Assembly: GCA_963677485.1 (NCBI GenBank)
Contig: OY781964.1
Span: forward strand, 1,216,001 to 1,280,000
Length of the DNA stretch: 64,000 nt
Direction: 5' to 3'
DNA from: Armatimonadota bacterium
GTDB taxonomy: Bacteria; Armatimonadota; HRBIN16
A model generated the notes under the pieces. The model was not told where the DNA came from and did no database searches. It saw nothing but the letters and a program-made list of their open reading frames with translations. Within the stretch, counting starts at the first letter, position 1. Every line of letters begins with the position of its first letter. Of this stretch, positions 48,028-57,618 are shown piece after piece. A program made the translations under genes and the position numbers.

Positions 48028-49251
48028 ATGACCGAACTGCTCGCGCCAGCCGGAAACCTGGAACGTCTGAAATGGGCGGTGGCATACGGTGCGGATGCGG
48101 TCTATTTCGGCGTGGGCAACTTCTCGCTGCGTAGTTTTGCGGGTAACTTCAGCCTGGAGGACGCACAGACCGGGTTGGACTACCTGCATGAGCGCGGGAA
48201 ACGCGGTTATGTGACGCTGAACGCCTACCCCTTCACCGAGGAGTTTGAGGAGATCGCACAACTTGCAGCCTCTCTTGATGAGATGGGTGCAGACGCCTTC
48301 ATTGTGGCCGATCTTGGGGTGTTGAACACCCTCAGGGGTATGGGGCTGCGTGCCGCTCTGCACATCAGCACCCAGGCGAACACGCTCAACGCGCAGTCGG
48401 CACTGGCGTATCAAAAGCTTGGAGCCCGACGGGTCAACCTCGCACGGGAGCTCTCGCTGACCAACATCCAGGATATCCAAAAGGCTTTACAGGGCACCGG
48501 CATGGAGACCGAGGTGTTCATCCACGGCTCGGTCTGCTTTTCATATTCAGGCCGATGTGCCATCAGCGACTATACCACCGGCCGGCGCGCCAACCGCGGT
48601 CAGTGTACCCACCCCTGCCGATGGAACTACACGTTGATGGAGGAAAAGCGCCCGGGTGAATACTTCCCCGTGTATGAGGATGAGCGCGGGCTCTATCTGT
48701 TCAACAGTAAGGACCTCGCTCTGTTTAACTATGTGCCGGCACTGGTAGAGGCCGGTGTGTGTTCATTCAAAATCGAGGGGCGGATGAAGAACGCCCACTA
48801 CCTCGCCGCGGTGCTGCCGGTCTACCGGGCCATTTTGGATGGCAAACCCATGCCTGTGGATGAGGCCTGGTTGCGGTTGATGCGCGTAGATAACCGGGGC
48901 TTTTCGGATGGGTTCATGAAGGGCGAACTGAGCTCTGAGGACTACGAGACCCACTCCACCGTTTACCAGAGCAGTTCGCGCTGGATGGCCAACAGTACCG
49001 AGCAGATGCAGGATGGTCAGCGCGTGTGCCAGATTAAAAACACCATCGACGCTGGTGAGACGCTGGAGCTGCTCACACCCGATGGCGGGCGTCGGCCTTA
49101 CACTCTGCCGAACCTCATTTTCTCCGTAGAAGGCAAGCCGCTTGACCGCGCCAAGAACCAGCACACGATATTGCTGGATGGCAGCATCCCTGCCTACTCG
49201 ATATTTCGGCGTGTCCTCGACCAGTCCGATAATGCAGGTGATGTGTCATGA
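48028..49251 (+). CDS. Peptidase U32 family protein (TrhP-like tRNA hydroxylation protein)
   Basis: ELLAPAG, GADAVYFG, HISTQAN, HGSVCFSYSGRC, NRGQCTHPCRW, FKIEGRMK. Confidence 0.9.
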   Translation: MTELLAPAGNLERLKWAVAYGADAVYFGVGNFSLRSFAGNFSLEDAQTGLDYLHERGKRGYVTLNAYPFTEEFEEIAQLAASLDEMGADAFIVADLGVLNTLRGMGLRAALHISTQANTLNAQSALAYQKLGARRVNLARELSLTNIQDIQKALQGTGMETEVFIHGSVCFSYSGRCAISDYTTGRRANRGQCTHPCRWNYTLMEEKRPGEYFPVYEDERGLYLFNSKDLALFNYVPALVEAGVCSFKIEGRMKNAHYLAAVLPVYRAILDGKPMPVDEAWLRLMRVDNRGFSDGFMKGELSSEDYETHSTVYQSSSRWMANSTEQMQDGQRVCQIKNTIDAGETLELLTPDGGRRPYTLPNLIFSVEGKPLDRAKNQHTILLDGSIPAYSIFRRVLDQSDNAGDVS

Positions 49252-51404
49252 AGTCCATGCCTGATCCCCACCAGCCGTACGCGCTTTCCCAGCCTAATGC
49301 GCAGGAATACCTCAACAAGTTTTGGATGATCTACGGTCTGAGTGAAGGTCCCGAGGGCATGAGCGGCTGGGATGACGGCCCGCTGCACCCCTCCGTGTTC
49401 TGGTTCGAGTGGAACATGATGAAGCTCGCCTGGAATGGACACAGCGAGAAAATGCAGCATTGGCAGCGGGATTTGCTGCTGGGTCAGAAGATCAACGGGC
49501 TCAACGCCAGCAATGAGCAGGCGGACGGCTTCCTCTGGCCCGAGCCCTCCAACCCGCGCTGGTTTGGGCTACAGTATTACTTCGACCACATCCCACGGTA
49601 TATCATCGGTGCCTACCTCTACTATGTGTGGAGCGGAGACCGCGATTTTCTGAAGTCCGCCATGCCGATGCTGAGGGCCGTGATGGGCTTCCTATGGAAC
49701 GGCATGAAGCTGAGCCAGGGAATCGCCATCTGCCCAGGTAATAATACTGGTCTGCCAAACACCGGCGAAGTCACCACATATATGGACTGTATCCGCTCGG
49801 GATACATCGACAGCTGGACCAATACCGCGGTCTACACCGCTTTGCAGAACATGGCGGAGCTGGAAGCCATCTCAGGCAATCCGGCTACGGCCCTTCGCTA
49901 CCACAAGGCCGCGGAGGCATTTGTGGCCCAGTTTGACAAGCAACTATGGAACCCCGCCACGAAACGCTATGCCGGATGGCGTGACATCAAGATGAAGCAG
50001 CACGACTGCGGATACACCTATATCAATATTGAGGCACTGGCCCGTGGGCTGGGTGACGCCGATAAGGCATGCTGCATCTTCGACTGGCTGGATCATGGCA
50101 AAGCTCAGCCGGTCTGGAAGGGCGGAAACAACGGCAGCACGGACATCTACCAGCTTGTGGTGGCCCCGCGCGCGAACACCATCCGCATACCCAATGAGGA
50201 GTGGGACACCTTCTCACACGTCAACCGCAATGCTCAGGGGAAGGATTACAGCTATGCCTACGGCGGGCTAGTGGAAGACGGCGGCACGATGCTGTGGATG
50301 AACTACTACGATGTGCAGGCGCGGCTGCGCTGGCTCGATGCCGACCACGCCTACCGAAAACTGACCGACATGCTCTACCGCTGTGCGAATGACAGCCGGT
50401 TCCTGAGCTTTGGCAAAAAGGGCAGCGGGAACTGGCGCAGCTTTACCGACTTCGGCGAGCACTTCCTGGCCATCGGCACCAACTACGACTTTCCAGAATC
50501 GGGTCTGGCCGCCATGTCGATGCTGTATGGCTTCATGGGCGTGTCTGCTGACACCAAGGGGCTTTATGTGCAGCCGAACCTTCCGCGTGATTTAATATCG
50601 GCGCAGTGCTCAGGAATCCGGCATCGAGGGAATGACTATACGATCTCCGTGGAGCGCGGCAGCACCATCATGATGCAGGAGCGGCGTGACACCGCCTCGA
50701 TACTGGCACCGGGCAAAGAGCTGGTTCAGAGGATTCACATCACGAAGCCGTTCGATCTGGTCGGTGTGTTTACAGGCAACTTCGCCACGGAAGGGGCGGA
50801 GTTCCGAATGACATTGCTTCGGTTGGGCACCGAAGGTCCCCAGTCTGTGGCTTGCCAGCAGATGCGTTGTGATCCCGACAACACCTGGCAGTATATGCCG
50901 GTCGATGACTTGTCCGCTGGCGACTACCAGATCGTGTTGAGCCATGTGAAAGGTCGAATGGCGTGGCACCAGCATTCTGTTGAGGGGTTCGTGTGTTGTG
51001 CGGTCAGTACCCCTGTCACACCCTTGAAGCTGCCCGATTTCACCTGGCGCATGAGTGCTTCCAGGGGTGACTTCGAGTTGAAATTGACAGCGAAACAGCC
51101 GTTCTGCCGCGTCGCGGTGCCGGTTGTTCACGACAAGGGCGCATCGTGCCGGATCTCTTTGCTCAGGCTGATGGGTTCGCAGTGGCAGCCTGTTCAGGAG
51201 ACGCGCCATCCTAATCTAGGGGGCGTGGATCGTCTGCTGATGGATGTAGCCGACCAGCCCGTAGGTGATTACCGCCTGATCATCACGCCATCCGGGCAGA
51301 TGACTCCACGGGGGTTGTCGCTCTCCCGCGGGCTGTATACCGTGACGGCGAATGAACGAAGCAGCGTGTCTGTGCCTGCTGGCACCCGCGTGCGTCTGGG
51401 CTGA
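49248..51404 (+). CDS. (alpha/alpha)6-barrel glycoside hydrolase-like protein with C-terminal beta domains
   Basis: YYVWSGDRDFL, YMD, TNTAVYTAL, FDKQLWNP, DGGTMLW, LYGFMGVSA...LYVQPNLP. Confidence 0.7.
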   Translation: MKSMPDPHQPYALSQPNAQEYLNKFWMIYGLSEGPEGMSGWDDGPLHPSVFWFEWNMMKLAWNGHSEKMQHWQRDLLLGQKINGLNASNEQADGFLWPEPSNPRWFGLQYYFDHIPRYIIGAYLYYVWSGDRDFLKSAMPMLRAVMGFLWNGMKLSQGIAICPGNNTGLPNTGEVTTYMDCIRSGYIDSWTNTAVYTALQNMAELEAISGNPATALRYHKAAEAFVAQFDKQLWNPATKRYAGWRDIKMKQHDCGYTYINIEALARGLGDADKACCIFDWLDHGKAQPVWKGGNNGSTDIYQLVVAPRANTIRIPNEEWDTFSHVNRNAQGKDYSYAYGGLVEDGGTMLWMNYYDVQARLRWLDADHAYRKLTDMLYRCANDSRFLSFGKKGSGNWRSFTDFGEHFLAIGTNYDFPESGLAAMSMLYGFMGVSADTKGLYVQPNLPRDLISAQCSGIRHRGNDYTISVERGSTIMMQERRDTASILAPGKELVQRIHITKPFDLVGVFTGNFATEGAEFRMTLLRLGTEGPQSVACQQMRCDPDNTWQYMPVDDLSAGDYQIVLSHVKGRMAWHQHSVEGFVCCAVSTPVTPLKLPDFTWRMSASRGDFELKLTAKQPFCRVAVPVVHDKGASCRISLLRLMGSQWQPVQETRHPNLGGVDRLLMDVADQPVGDYRLIITPSGQMTPRGLSLSRGLYTVTANERSSVSVPAGTRVRLG

Positions 51405-51532
51405 TAGGGATGTTTTTATCCACAAATTTCGCAGATTACGCAGAAGAGGTTTTTATGGTTACCTCCCATCCGTGTAATCCGTGTAATCCGCGTAATCCGT
51501 GGTTCAGACAAATCCTCGACGCGGTATGCCCT

Positions 51533-51844
51533 CTATTCCCCGATAAACCTGAGGTAGGTATGCGGATTCTCGGAGCAGCTCACAACCATAGAGCGCAGCG
51601 TCTGCCAGAGATCCTCCGCATGATGCTCGCGGAAGCACATCAGCAGCCCGTCCCACTCCGATAGCAGCACGCGAGCCTGAAGCGGGTTAAAGATGGTGTC
51701 GCCATATGGGTCGATGAACCGCAAGCAACAGCTCTGGCTATCACCGCAGCTGCGCAGGCAAGCCGCCATGGCACCCTCGGTATCGCACACCAGCTCGCTG
51801 ATGTTTTGGTGCCTCTCGTCTTGTAGCACAACCACCATACTCAC
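51533..51844 (-). CDS. Putative immunity protein
   Basis: Small gene 12 bp downstream of the toxin-like gene; LRFIDPYGDTIFNxxQ...HTYLRFIGE pattern. Confidence 0.55.
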   Translation of the reverse strand: MSMVVVLQDERHQNISELVCDTEGAMAACLRSCGDSQSCCLRFIDPYGDTIFNPLQARVLLSEWDGLLMCFREHHAEDLWQTLRSMVVSCSENPHTYLRFIGE

Positions 51845-51856
51845 AAACTCACCCGC

Positions 51857-52699
51857 CTACTTCACAACCGGGTAGCAGGTCACCAGCTTACCCGTCTGGG
51901 TGGCAATCACCTTGATGGTGCTGGTCTGCTTGTTCTTGCGTTTATCATATCGATAGTCATCGTATCCCACAATATGGCCAGCATCGTAATCGCGGCTGAC
52001 ATACCCGTTAGACTCAATCTCTGGCGTGACGATCTCGGCCTGCTTGATGAGTGCTCTGATATCTTCCCCGCCGTAGAAGGTGCTGGCTCCGGCGTTCTTC
52101 GCGCCGCCAGCGGTGTGCCGGTCGATGATGTGCTGCCAGGAACTCGTGGTCACCTCGATGTGCTGAAGCATGCTCAAGATGGCCGGAGTGAATTTGGCGG
52201 GTGCCAGGCTGCGATCTGCCTTCAGCGTGTAGGCGCGCCCCTGGAAGGCGACCGTTGAGCCAGCAGGTATCACACTGAGCAGATCGTGCGACACAGGAAG
52301 CCTGTTTATATCAAGGAGCTGGACGATATCCTTCGGTGTGGGCGGACGGCTGGTTTTGTCAGATGGTCGGGCCGCTTCATATAGTTTAACTGCATCTGCA
52401 CCAGCGATCAGGTTGACCGTGTTGGAGTTGAGCACGCGATACAGCTTGTTGTTGTGTAGAAACTCACTGCCCGGTTTGGCCTGAGCGCATGTGCCAGGCT
52501 GCCACTGCCCTGTGTCGGTCATGAACAGCATCACACGGGTGGCCGATGTAAACTGGGCAGCAAGGTTGGTTTTCGCAGTGGTCGGGGCAGAAGGCACCGT
52601 GGCTGTTTGCTCAGCGCAAGCCAAGCCAATCAGCATTAAAGCCGCCAGCATCGCGATGAGCCAGGCAGCGTATTTGTTGGTCTTGCGGGGTTTCAGCAT
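51857..52699 (-). CDS. Secreted protein with C-terminal polymorphic-toxin RNase-like domain
   Basis: Signal peptide; C-terminus WQHIIDRH...STF...DIRALIKQAE...DAGHIVGYD...TSTIKVIATQTGKLVTCYP. Confidence 0.65.
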   Translation of the reverse strand: MLKPRKTNKYAAWLIAMLAALMLIGLACAEQTATVPSAPTTAKTNLAAQFTSATRVMLFMTDTGQWQPGTCAQAKPGSEFLHNNKLYRVLNSNTVNLIAGADAVKLYEAARPSDKTSRPPTPKDIVQLLDINRLPVSHDLLSVIPAGSTVAFQGRAYTLKADRSLAPAKFTPAILSMLQHIEVTTSSWQHIIDRHTAGGAKNAGASTFYGGEDIRALIKQAEIVTPEIESNGYVSRDYDAGHIVGYDDYRYDKRKNKQTSTIKVIATQTGKLVTCYPVVK

Positions 52700-52793
52700 G
52701 TGTGACGCTCCAGAGTCAGGATGGATACACTATACCCTATCACAGGCGAAACGACGATATTCATGACGGTTAGTTTGGCGGGGGGGGGAATTC

Positions 52794-53050
52794 GTAGGGA
52801 TGGGCCTTGTGCCCATCCGAAACCGCAATGTGCGTATTGCCATGACACCACGGATGGCTAGCGGGTAGCCGTCCCAGCGCCCGCCGGAACGCGGGCCGGT
52901 ACTGATCAGCGACGGGTGACAGCGCTCGTACCGGGACGAAGTCACGGACGGGCCGCCGAACCCGTCGCAGCGCGACTGATCGCCCATGCGGCCACGTCAC
53001 AGGCTGGTGTCCATCGATGGGTTCGGATGCCCACAAGGGGCATCCCTACG
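52794..53050. repeat. Family D element bracketed by GTAG-type REPs
   Basis: gtagggatgggccttgtgcccatcc (52794); D core 52878-52968 matches 11001-11090; ggatgcccacaaggggcatccctac (ends about 53049). Confidence 0.82.
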
Positions 53051-53079
53051 CCGGACGTCGTTGAGGCGGTAAAACCCGC

Positions 53080-53502
53080 TTAGCCGCAGCAGCCGCCAGA
53101 GCAGCCGCAGTCGCTCTTCGCGGGCTTGGAGCCAGCCTTCATCTTCTCTTCGGCTTTGAGAACAACCGCAGCCACATCCTGCTGGGTGTAGTCGAATGTG
53201 TGGCTTTTCTCCACTCCGCAGTCATCGGTGATGACCACATGCACGTCAGGTGTTTTACCGACGTTCTCCAGGGCGATCCTGGTGCAGCCCACAGAACAAC
53301 CGTCGACCGCGATGACGGTCGCGTCTTCTGCGTTGACCATATTCACGAACGTCGGCAGCTTGGCACCGACACCGGCCATACAGCTCATGTTTCCCAGACC
53401 GAGTTGGTCCATCGCTTTCGCCGCATCGTTGGCCATCTGTCCAACATTAGACCCACCACTACAGGCCATGATGATTTGCTTTCCGCCGCAACAACTAGAC
53501 AT
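53080..53502 (-). CDS. DGC domain putative zinc-binding protein
   Basis: ACSGGSNVGQ, CMAG, VDGCSVGC; Cys-rich termini. Confidence 0.88.
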   Translation of the reverse strand: MSSCCGGKQIIMACSGGSNVGQMANDAAKAMDQLGLGNMSCMAGVGAKLPTFVNMVNAEDATVIAVDGCSVGCTRIALENVGKTPDVHVVITDDCGVEKSHTFDYTQQDVAAVVLKAEEKMKAGSKPAKSDCGCSGGCCG

Positions 53503-53532
53503 TGCTCATTTCTCCTTGAGTGTAGTTATGAC

Positions 53533-54621
53533 TTACCGAACGTGAAGGACGCCCAGGTTCAGGCTGTTGAACATGAAGCCCACCAGCATGATCCCCACGG
53601 CGACCGTACCAAAGAAAACCGCGATGAGCTTCGGACGCAGCACCTTGCGTAGGATGACTGCCTCCGGCAGACTGAGCCCAATAGTGCTCATCATGAAGGC
53701 GAGGCAACTTCCCAATGCGGCACCTTTGGCCAGAAGCGCCTCAACGATGGGGATTATCCCCGCCGCGTTGCTGTATAACGGCACCCCGACGATGACGGCC
53801 AGCGGCACCGAATACCAGTGTCCAGCACCCAAAATCCCGCTCAGCATGTCGGTAGGGGCGTATCCATGAATGCCCGCGCCCACTGCGATGCCAACGATCA
53901 CATACGGCCAGACCTTGCCCACGATCTCCTTCAACGCTGTGATACCGGCGTCCAGCCGAGAGTTCCAATCTGGGTTCTCGTCGACACCTTCGCCAACGGC
54001 GATCTCGCGGACCCAAGGCTCAATCTCATTCTCCAGGTTCATCTTGCCGATAATCCAACCGGCAATAATGGCCACGGTCAATCCTGCAGCGACATAAATC
54101 GCCGCCACCTTCCAGCCAAACAGACCCGCCAGCAGCACCAGCGCGACCTCGTTGACCATCGGTGCGGAGATCAAAAAGCTGAAGGTCACCCCCAGCGGCA
54201 CACCGCTCTGCACAAATCCGATGAACAACGGCACCGCCGAGCAGCTGCAGAAAGGCGTCACGATACCGAGCGCCGCTGCCATGATGTTGCCCACAAACTG
54301 ACGACCCGCCAGCAGCTTGCGGCTGCGTTCTGGCGTGAAGAAGGTACGCACGATGCCGATGGCCCACACCACCAGGCTGAGCAACAGCAGCACTTTCGGC
54401 ACATCGAAAAAGAAGAACTGCAGCGACAACCCCAAATGCGACTTTTCACCCAGCCCGAGCAGTTTGAAAGCCAGCCACTGGCTAAATGGCAGCGTGGCCC
54501 GATACGCGAGCACCCATACCACCACTGCCAGAGCGGTCAGCAGCAGCCGCTTCTGAAGCGACGGTGCGCCGTTTTGGTTTTGGTCAGGTTTGATTTTAGT
54601 CGTGGGACAACAGTCAGACAT
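53533..54621 (-). CDS. arsP: ArsP/DUF318 family permease
   Basis: FFFFDVPK, TPFCSCSAVPLFIG, SAPMVNE, GVPLYSNAAG, LSLPE. Confidence 0.85.
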   Translation of the reverse strand: MSDCCPTTKIKPDQNQNGAPSLQKRLLLTALAVVVWVLAYRATLPFSQWLAFKLLGLGEKSHLGLSLQFFFFDVPKVLLLLSLVVWAIGIVRTFFTPERSRKLLAGRQFVGNIMAAALGIVTPFCSCSAVPLFIGFVQSGVPLGVTFSFLISAPMVNEVALVLLAGLFGWKVAAIYVAAGLTVAIIAGWIIGKMNLENEIEPWVREIAVGEGVDENPDWNSRLDAGITALKEIVGKVWPYVIVGIAVGAGIHGYAPTDMLSGILGAGHWYSVPLAVIVGVPLYSNAAGIIPIVEALLAKGAALGSCLAFMMSTIGLSLPEAVILRKVLRPKLIAVFFGTVAVGIMLVGFMFNSLNLGVLHVR

Positions 54622-54623
54622 CC

Positions 54624-55679
54624 TTATACCCCTGTCTCAGCCTTAGGCTGAAACCACTTTCGGCGAAGCCAGAAGGCCGAATTCACCAGCAACAGCATCA
54701 CCGGAACCTCCACCAGCGGTCCAATGACGGCCGCAAACGCCTCTTGGGAGTGGATCGTGAATGAGGCCACCGCCACGGCAATGGCCAGCTCGAAGTTGTT
54801 ACTCGCAGCCGTGAAGCTGAGGGTTACGCTCTGCTCGTAACTGGCGTTCAGCTTGCGGCCCATATAGAACGAGATGAAGAACATCAGCAGGAAGTAGACC
54901 AGCAACGGCACCGCAACCAGGAACACCTGGAAGGGAAGCTCCACGATGGTCTGCCCCTTCAGGCTGAACATCACCACGATAGTGAACAGCAGGGCGATCA
55001 GCGTGAGCGGGCTGATTTTCGGCATGAACTGGCCGTAGAACCACTCATCGCCCTTGCTCCTGCGCAGCATGGCGTTAGTCAACGCACCCGCCGCGAAGGG
55101 GATGCCCAGGTAGATCAGCACGCTATGGGCGATTTGTATGGGGTCCACATCGACCACCGAACCCTTCAGGCCGATGAGTTTGGGCAGGATCGTCACAAAT
55201 ATCCAGGCAAAAACCGAGTAGAACAGCACCTGGAAGATAGAGTTGAAGGCCACCAGTCCGGCTGCGAACTCCGTATCACCCTCAGCCAGCGTATTCCACA
55301 CGATCACCATCGCGATGCAACGCGCCAGACCGATCATGATCACGCCGACCATCAGTTGCGGGTAGTGGTGCAGGAATAGAACCGCCAGCACGAACATGAG
55401 GATCGGGCCAATGACCCAGTTCTGCAACAGTGAAGCCGCCAGCAGCCGCTTGTGTTTGAACACCGCCGGCAACTGCTCGTAGCGAACTTTGGCCAATGGA
55501 GGATACATCATGACGATCAACCCGATGGCTATCGCGATGTTGGTACTGCCCACGCTGAAGCGGTCCCAGAACTCAGCCACATGGGGCACCATCGCACCCC
55601 AGGCCACTCCCACAACCATCGCCAGCAGTATCCATACTGTAAGATACTGGTCAAGAACGGACAGCCTCTTCTGCGTCAT
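54624..55679 (-). CDS. acr3: Acr3 family arsenite efflux transporter
   Basis: [44 protein letters not shown]. Confidence 0.95.
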   Translation of the reverse strand: MTQKRLSVLDQYLTVWILLAMVVGVAWGAMVPHVAEFWDRFSVGSTNIAIAIGLIVMMYPPLAKVRYEQLPAVFKHKRLLAASLLQNWVIGPILMFVLAVLFLHHYPQLMVGVIMIGLARCIAMVIVWNTLAEGDTEFAAGLVAFNSIFQVLFYSVFAWIFVTILPKLIGLKGSVVDVDPIQIAHSVLIYLGIPFAAGALTNAMLRRSKGDEWFYGQFMPKISPLTLIALLFTIVVMFSLKGQTIVELPFQVFLVAVPLLVYFLLMFFISFYMGRKLNASYEQSVTLSFTAASNNFELAIAVAVASFTIHSQEAFAAVIGPLVEVPVMLLLVNSAFWLRRKWFQPKAETGV

Positions 55680-55692
55680 TATCCAGGTTGAC

Positions 55693-55926
55693 CTATTGAA
55701 GCATCTTCTTGAGATCGTTCAGGTTGGGTACCTTGCCACTCACCTTTACCTGACCATCTACCACCAGGGCCGGGGTGCTCATCACACCGTATTTCATGAT
55801 GTCAGCCAGGTTCGTGACCTTCTCCATGTTGATCTCGATGCCAAGTTCCTCAGCGGCTTTGGCTGTCTGGTCCGCTAGGGTATGGCATTTGGTGCATCCG
55901 CTGCCCAGGATTTTCACTTCTTTCAT
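55693..55926 (-). CDS. Small redox-active disulfide protein (thioredoxin family)
   Basis: [22 protein letters not shown]. Confidence 0.9.
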   Translation of the reverse strand: MKEVKILGSGCTKCHTLADQTAKAAEELGIEINMEKVTNLADIMKYGVMSTPALVVDGQVKVSGKVPNLNDLKKMLQ

Positions 55927-55956
55927 CGGTCGGTTCCTCCAGTAAAGATTCTTTCC

Positions 55957-56077
55957 TACTTGGCATAATAGCCAAGTATCATCTGAATGTCAATAGCACA
56001 CTGCTGTCTGGGCGAGATGACTGGTGACATTCAGATGATAATCTATATTTGGCGTGATGGCCAACTTATGCTATACT
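55957..56077. promoter_or_regulatory. Divergent promoters with two TTGGC-N6-GCCAA operators and a 16-bp inverted repeat
   Basis: tacttggc-ataata-gccaagta (55957-55978); ttggc-gtgatg-gccaa (56049-56064); minus-strand TTGACA-17-TATTAT; plus-strand TTGGCG-17-TATACT; IR tatcatctgaatgtca / tgacattcagatgata. Confidence 0.75.
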
Positions 56078-56148
56078 AACACCATCATGCAGCCGTAGGA
56101 ACTGAATGACCGCGGTTCACATGACACGATCTTAAGGATCATCACGCA

Positions 56149-56373
56149 ATGAAAAGAGCCATCATCCGTCCCGAGAAGTGCCAGAACTGCACGCCTTGCC
56201 AGATTGAGCTGAACTGCCACATGACGGCGGTCATAAGGGAGGCAGCCAGTTCGCGTCCGTGGATCGACTTCTACCGCTGCGCAGGCTGCATGAAATGCAA
56301 ATCCTACTGCGCCAATAAGGCCGTAGAGGAGATTGCACACCCTTGCGACGGCAAAGGCCGCATGGGCTGGTAG
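56149..56373 (+). CDS. Small 4Fe-4S dicluster-like ferredoxin
   Basis: CQNCTPC...C and CAGCMKCKSYC motifs. Confidence 0.75.
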   Translation: MKRAIIRPEKCQNCTPCQIELNCHMTAVIREAASSRPWIDFYRCAGCMKCKSYCANKAVEEIAHPCDGKGRMGW

Positions 56374-56442
56374 GTTCTGTGGCAGGCCGATACCGTATTT
56401 AAACGGATGACCACACGGGTCATCCCTGCATAGGAGAACACG

Positions 56443-56619
56443 ATGGCGACCATCACACTTACCGAGCAAGATATCATGCGATTGAAAGTCATTTTGATGG
56501 ATCAAGATAAAGATGATGCCTTCGCCTTTATCCGTGAGCGCATCATACCTGAGCTGCAAAAACAAGAAGGTCAGCAGATGAAAAGTCATCTGGACGGCGG
56601 TAAAGGCTCGATGTTTTGA
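56443..56619 (+). CDS. Small hypothetical protein (58 aa, not in ORF track)
   Basis: RBS aggag; MATITLTEQDIMRLKVILMDQDKDDAFAFIRERIIPELQKQEGQQMKSHLDGGKGSMF fills the gap between operon genes. Confidence 0.7.
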   Translation: MATITLTEQDIMRLKVILMDQDKDDAFAFIRERIIPELQKQEGQQMKSHLDGGKGSMF

Positions 56620-56653
56620 TTCTATCGACAAACACCGAACAGATGAGGTAAAA

Positions 56654-57058
56654 ATGCTCGTATTATTCCTTTGTACCGGCAACTCCTGCAGGAGCCAGAT
56701 GGCCGAAGGGTTCGGCAAGCTTTATGCACCCGATGGCTGGCAGGTGGCGTCGGCTGGCAGCAGGCCGGTGGGCTATGTCCACCCAAAAGCGATCGCGGTC
56801 ATGGCAGAAAAAGGCGTCGATATCGCCGGTAACAGCAGCAAGCATCTCAACGATTTTCCAAAACCCGATGTGGTGGTCACGCTGTGTGGAAGTGCAGCCG
56901 AGGAGTGCCCACTGTATCCCGGGGCCCTAATGACCGAGCACTGGGGCCTGCCAGACCCCGCTCACGCCGAAGGCGATGAAGCGGCGGTGTTGAACGCCTT
57001 CCGCAGCGTGCGTGATGAGGTAGAACGCCGAGTGAAGGATCTGTTTGCCCGGCTGTAG
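56654..57058 (+). CDS. arsC: Thioredoxin-coupled arsenate reductase (LMW-PTP fold)
   Basis: CTGNSCRSQMAEG P-loop, VTLC...ECP redox Cys pair, HWGLPDP. Confidence 0.92.
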   Translation: MLVLFLCTGNSCRSQMAEGFGKLYAPDGWQVASAGSRPVGYVHPKAIAVMAEKGVDIAGNSSKHLNDFPKPDVVVTLCGSAAEECPLYPGALMTEHWGLPDPAHAEGDEAAVLNAFRSVRDEVERRVKDLFARL

Positions 57059-57092
57059 CAAATCTCACAGGTAGACCGTCAAGGAGTATGAA

Positions 57093-57587
57093 ATGACAAT
57101 CAAGTGGACCCGCATCGTGCCTTTAACCATTCTCATCGGATCCATCGGCTTGGGTTGCGCCGTGCAGAGCGCAGTAAGCAAGCCGGCTCCGAAAGCTAAA
57201 ACGGGAGCAGTTTGCCCGAAACCTCTGCCCAAAAAGGCAGTTGCGGTAAAGCCTGTTGTAAAAAAGAAGCCTGTCATTGCGGCGAAAACAGCCGTCGGTA
57301 AAAAGCTGCCAAGGTTGCTAGACCTTGGTGCCACTGGCTGCATTCCGTGCAAAATGATGGTCCCTGTTCTTGATGGTCTGGCGAAAGACTACAAAGGCAA
57401 GCTGACCGTGGAGTTCATCGATGTATGGAAGAACCCATCGGCTGCGGAAAAGCACAAGATCCAAAGTATCCCCACCCAGATTTTCTACGACGCCAACGGC
57501 AAAGAGTTCAACCGCCATGTGGGCTTCATCCCCAAAGAAGACATTATGAAGGTATTCAAGGATAAGGGCATTAAATTAGCCCGGTAG
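57093..57587 (+). CDS. Exported thioredoxin family (lipo)protein
   Basis: Signal/lipobox-like GLGC; DLGATGCIPCKMM; IPTQIFYD. Confidence 0.88.
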   Translation: MTIKWTRIVPLTILIGSIGLGCAVQSAVSKPAPKAKTGAVCPKPLPKKAVAVKPVVKKKPVIAAKTAVGKKLPRLLDLGATGCIPCKMMVPVLDGLAKDYKGKLTVEFIDVWKNPSAAEKHKIQSIPTQIFYDANGKEFNRHVGFIPKEDIMKVFKDKGIKLAR

Positions 57588-57618
57588 GTCGCTTTAGCGG
57601 TCATGTGGATAGCTGGTC

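Noticed and set aside
56071-56718. 215-aa minus-strand ORF as the missing ArsR
   Set aside because: No HTH or ArsR motif, and it is antisense to three credible plus-strand genes.
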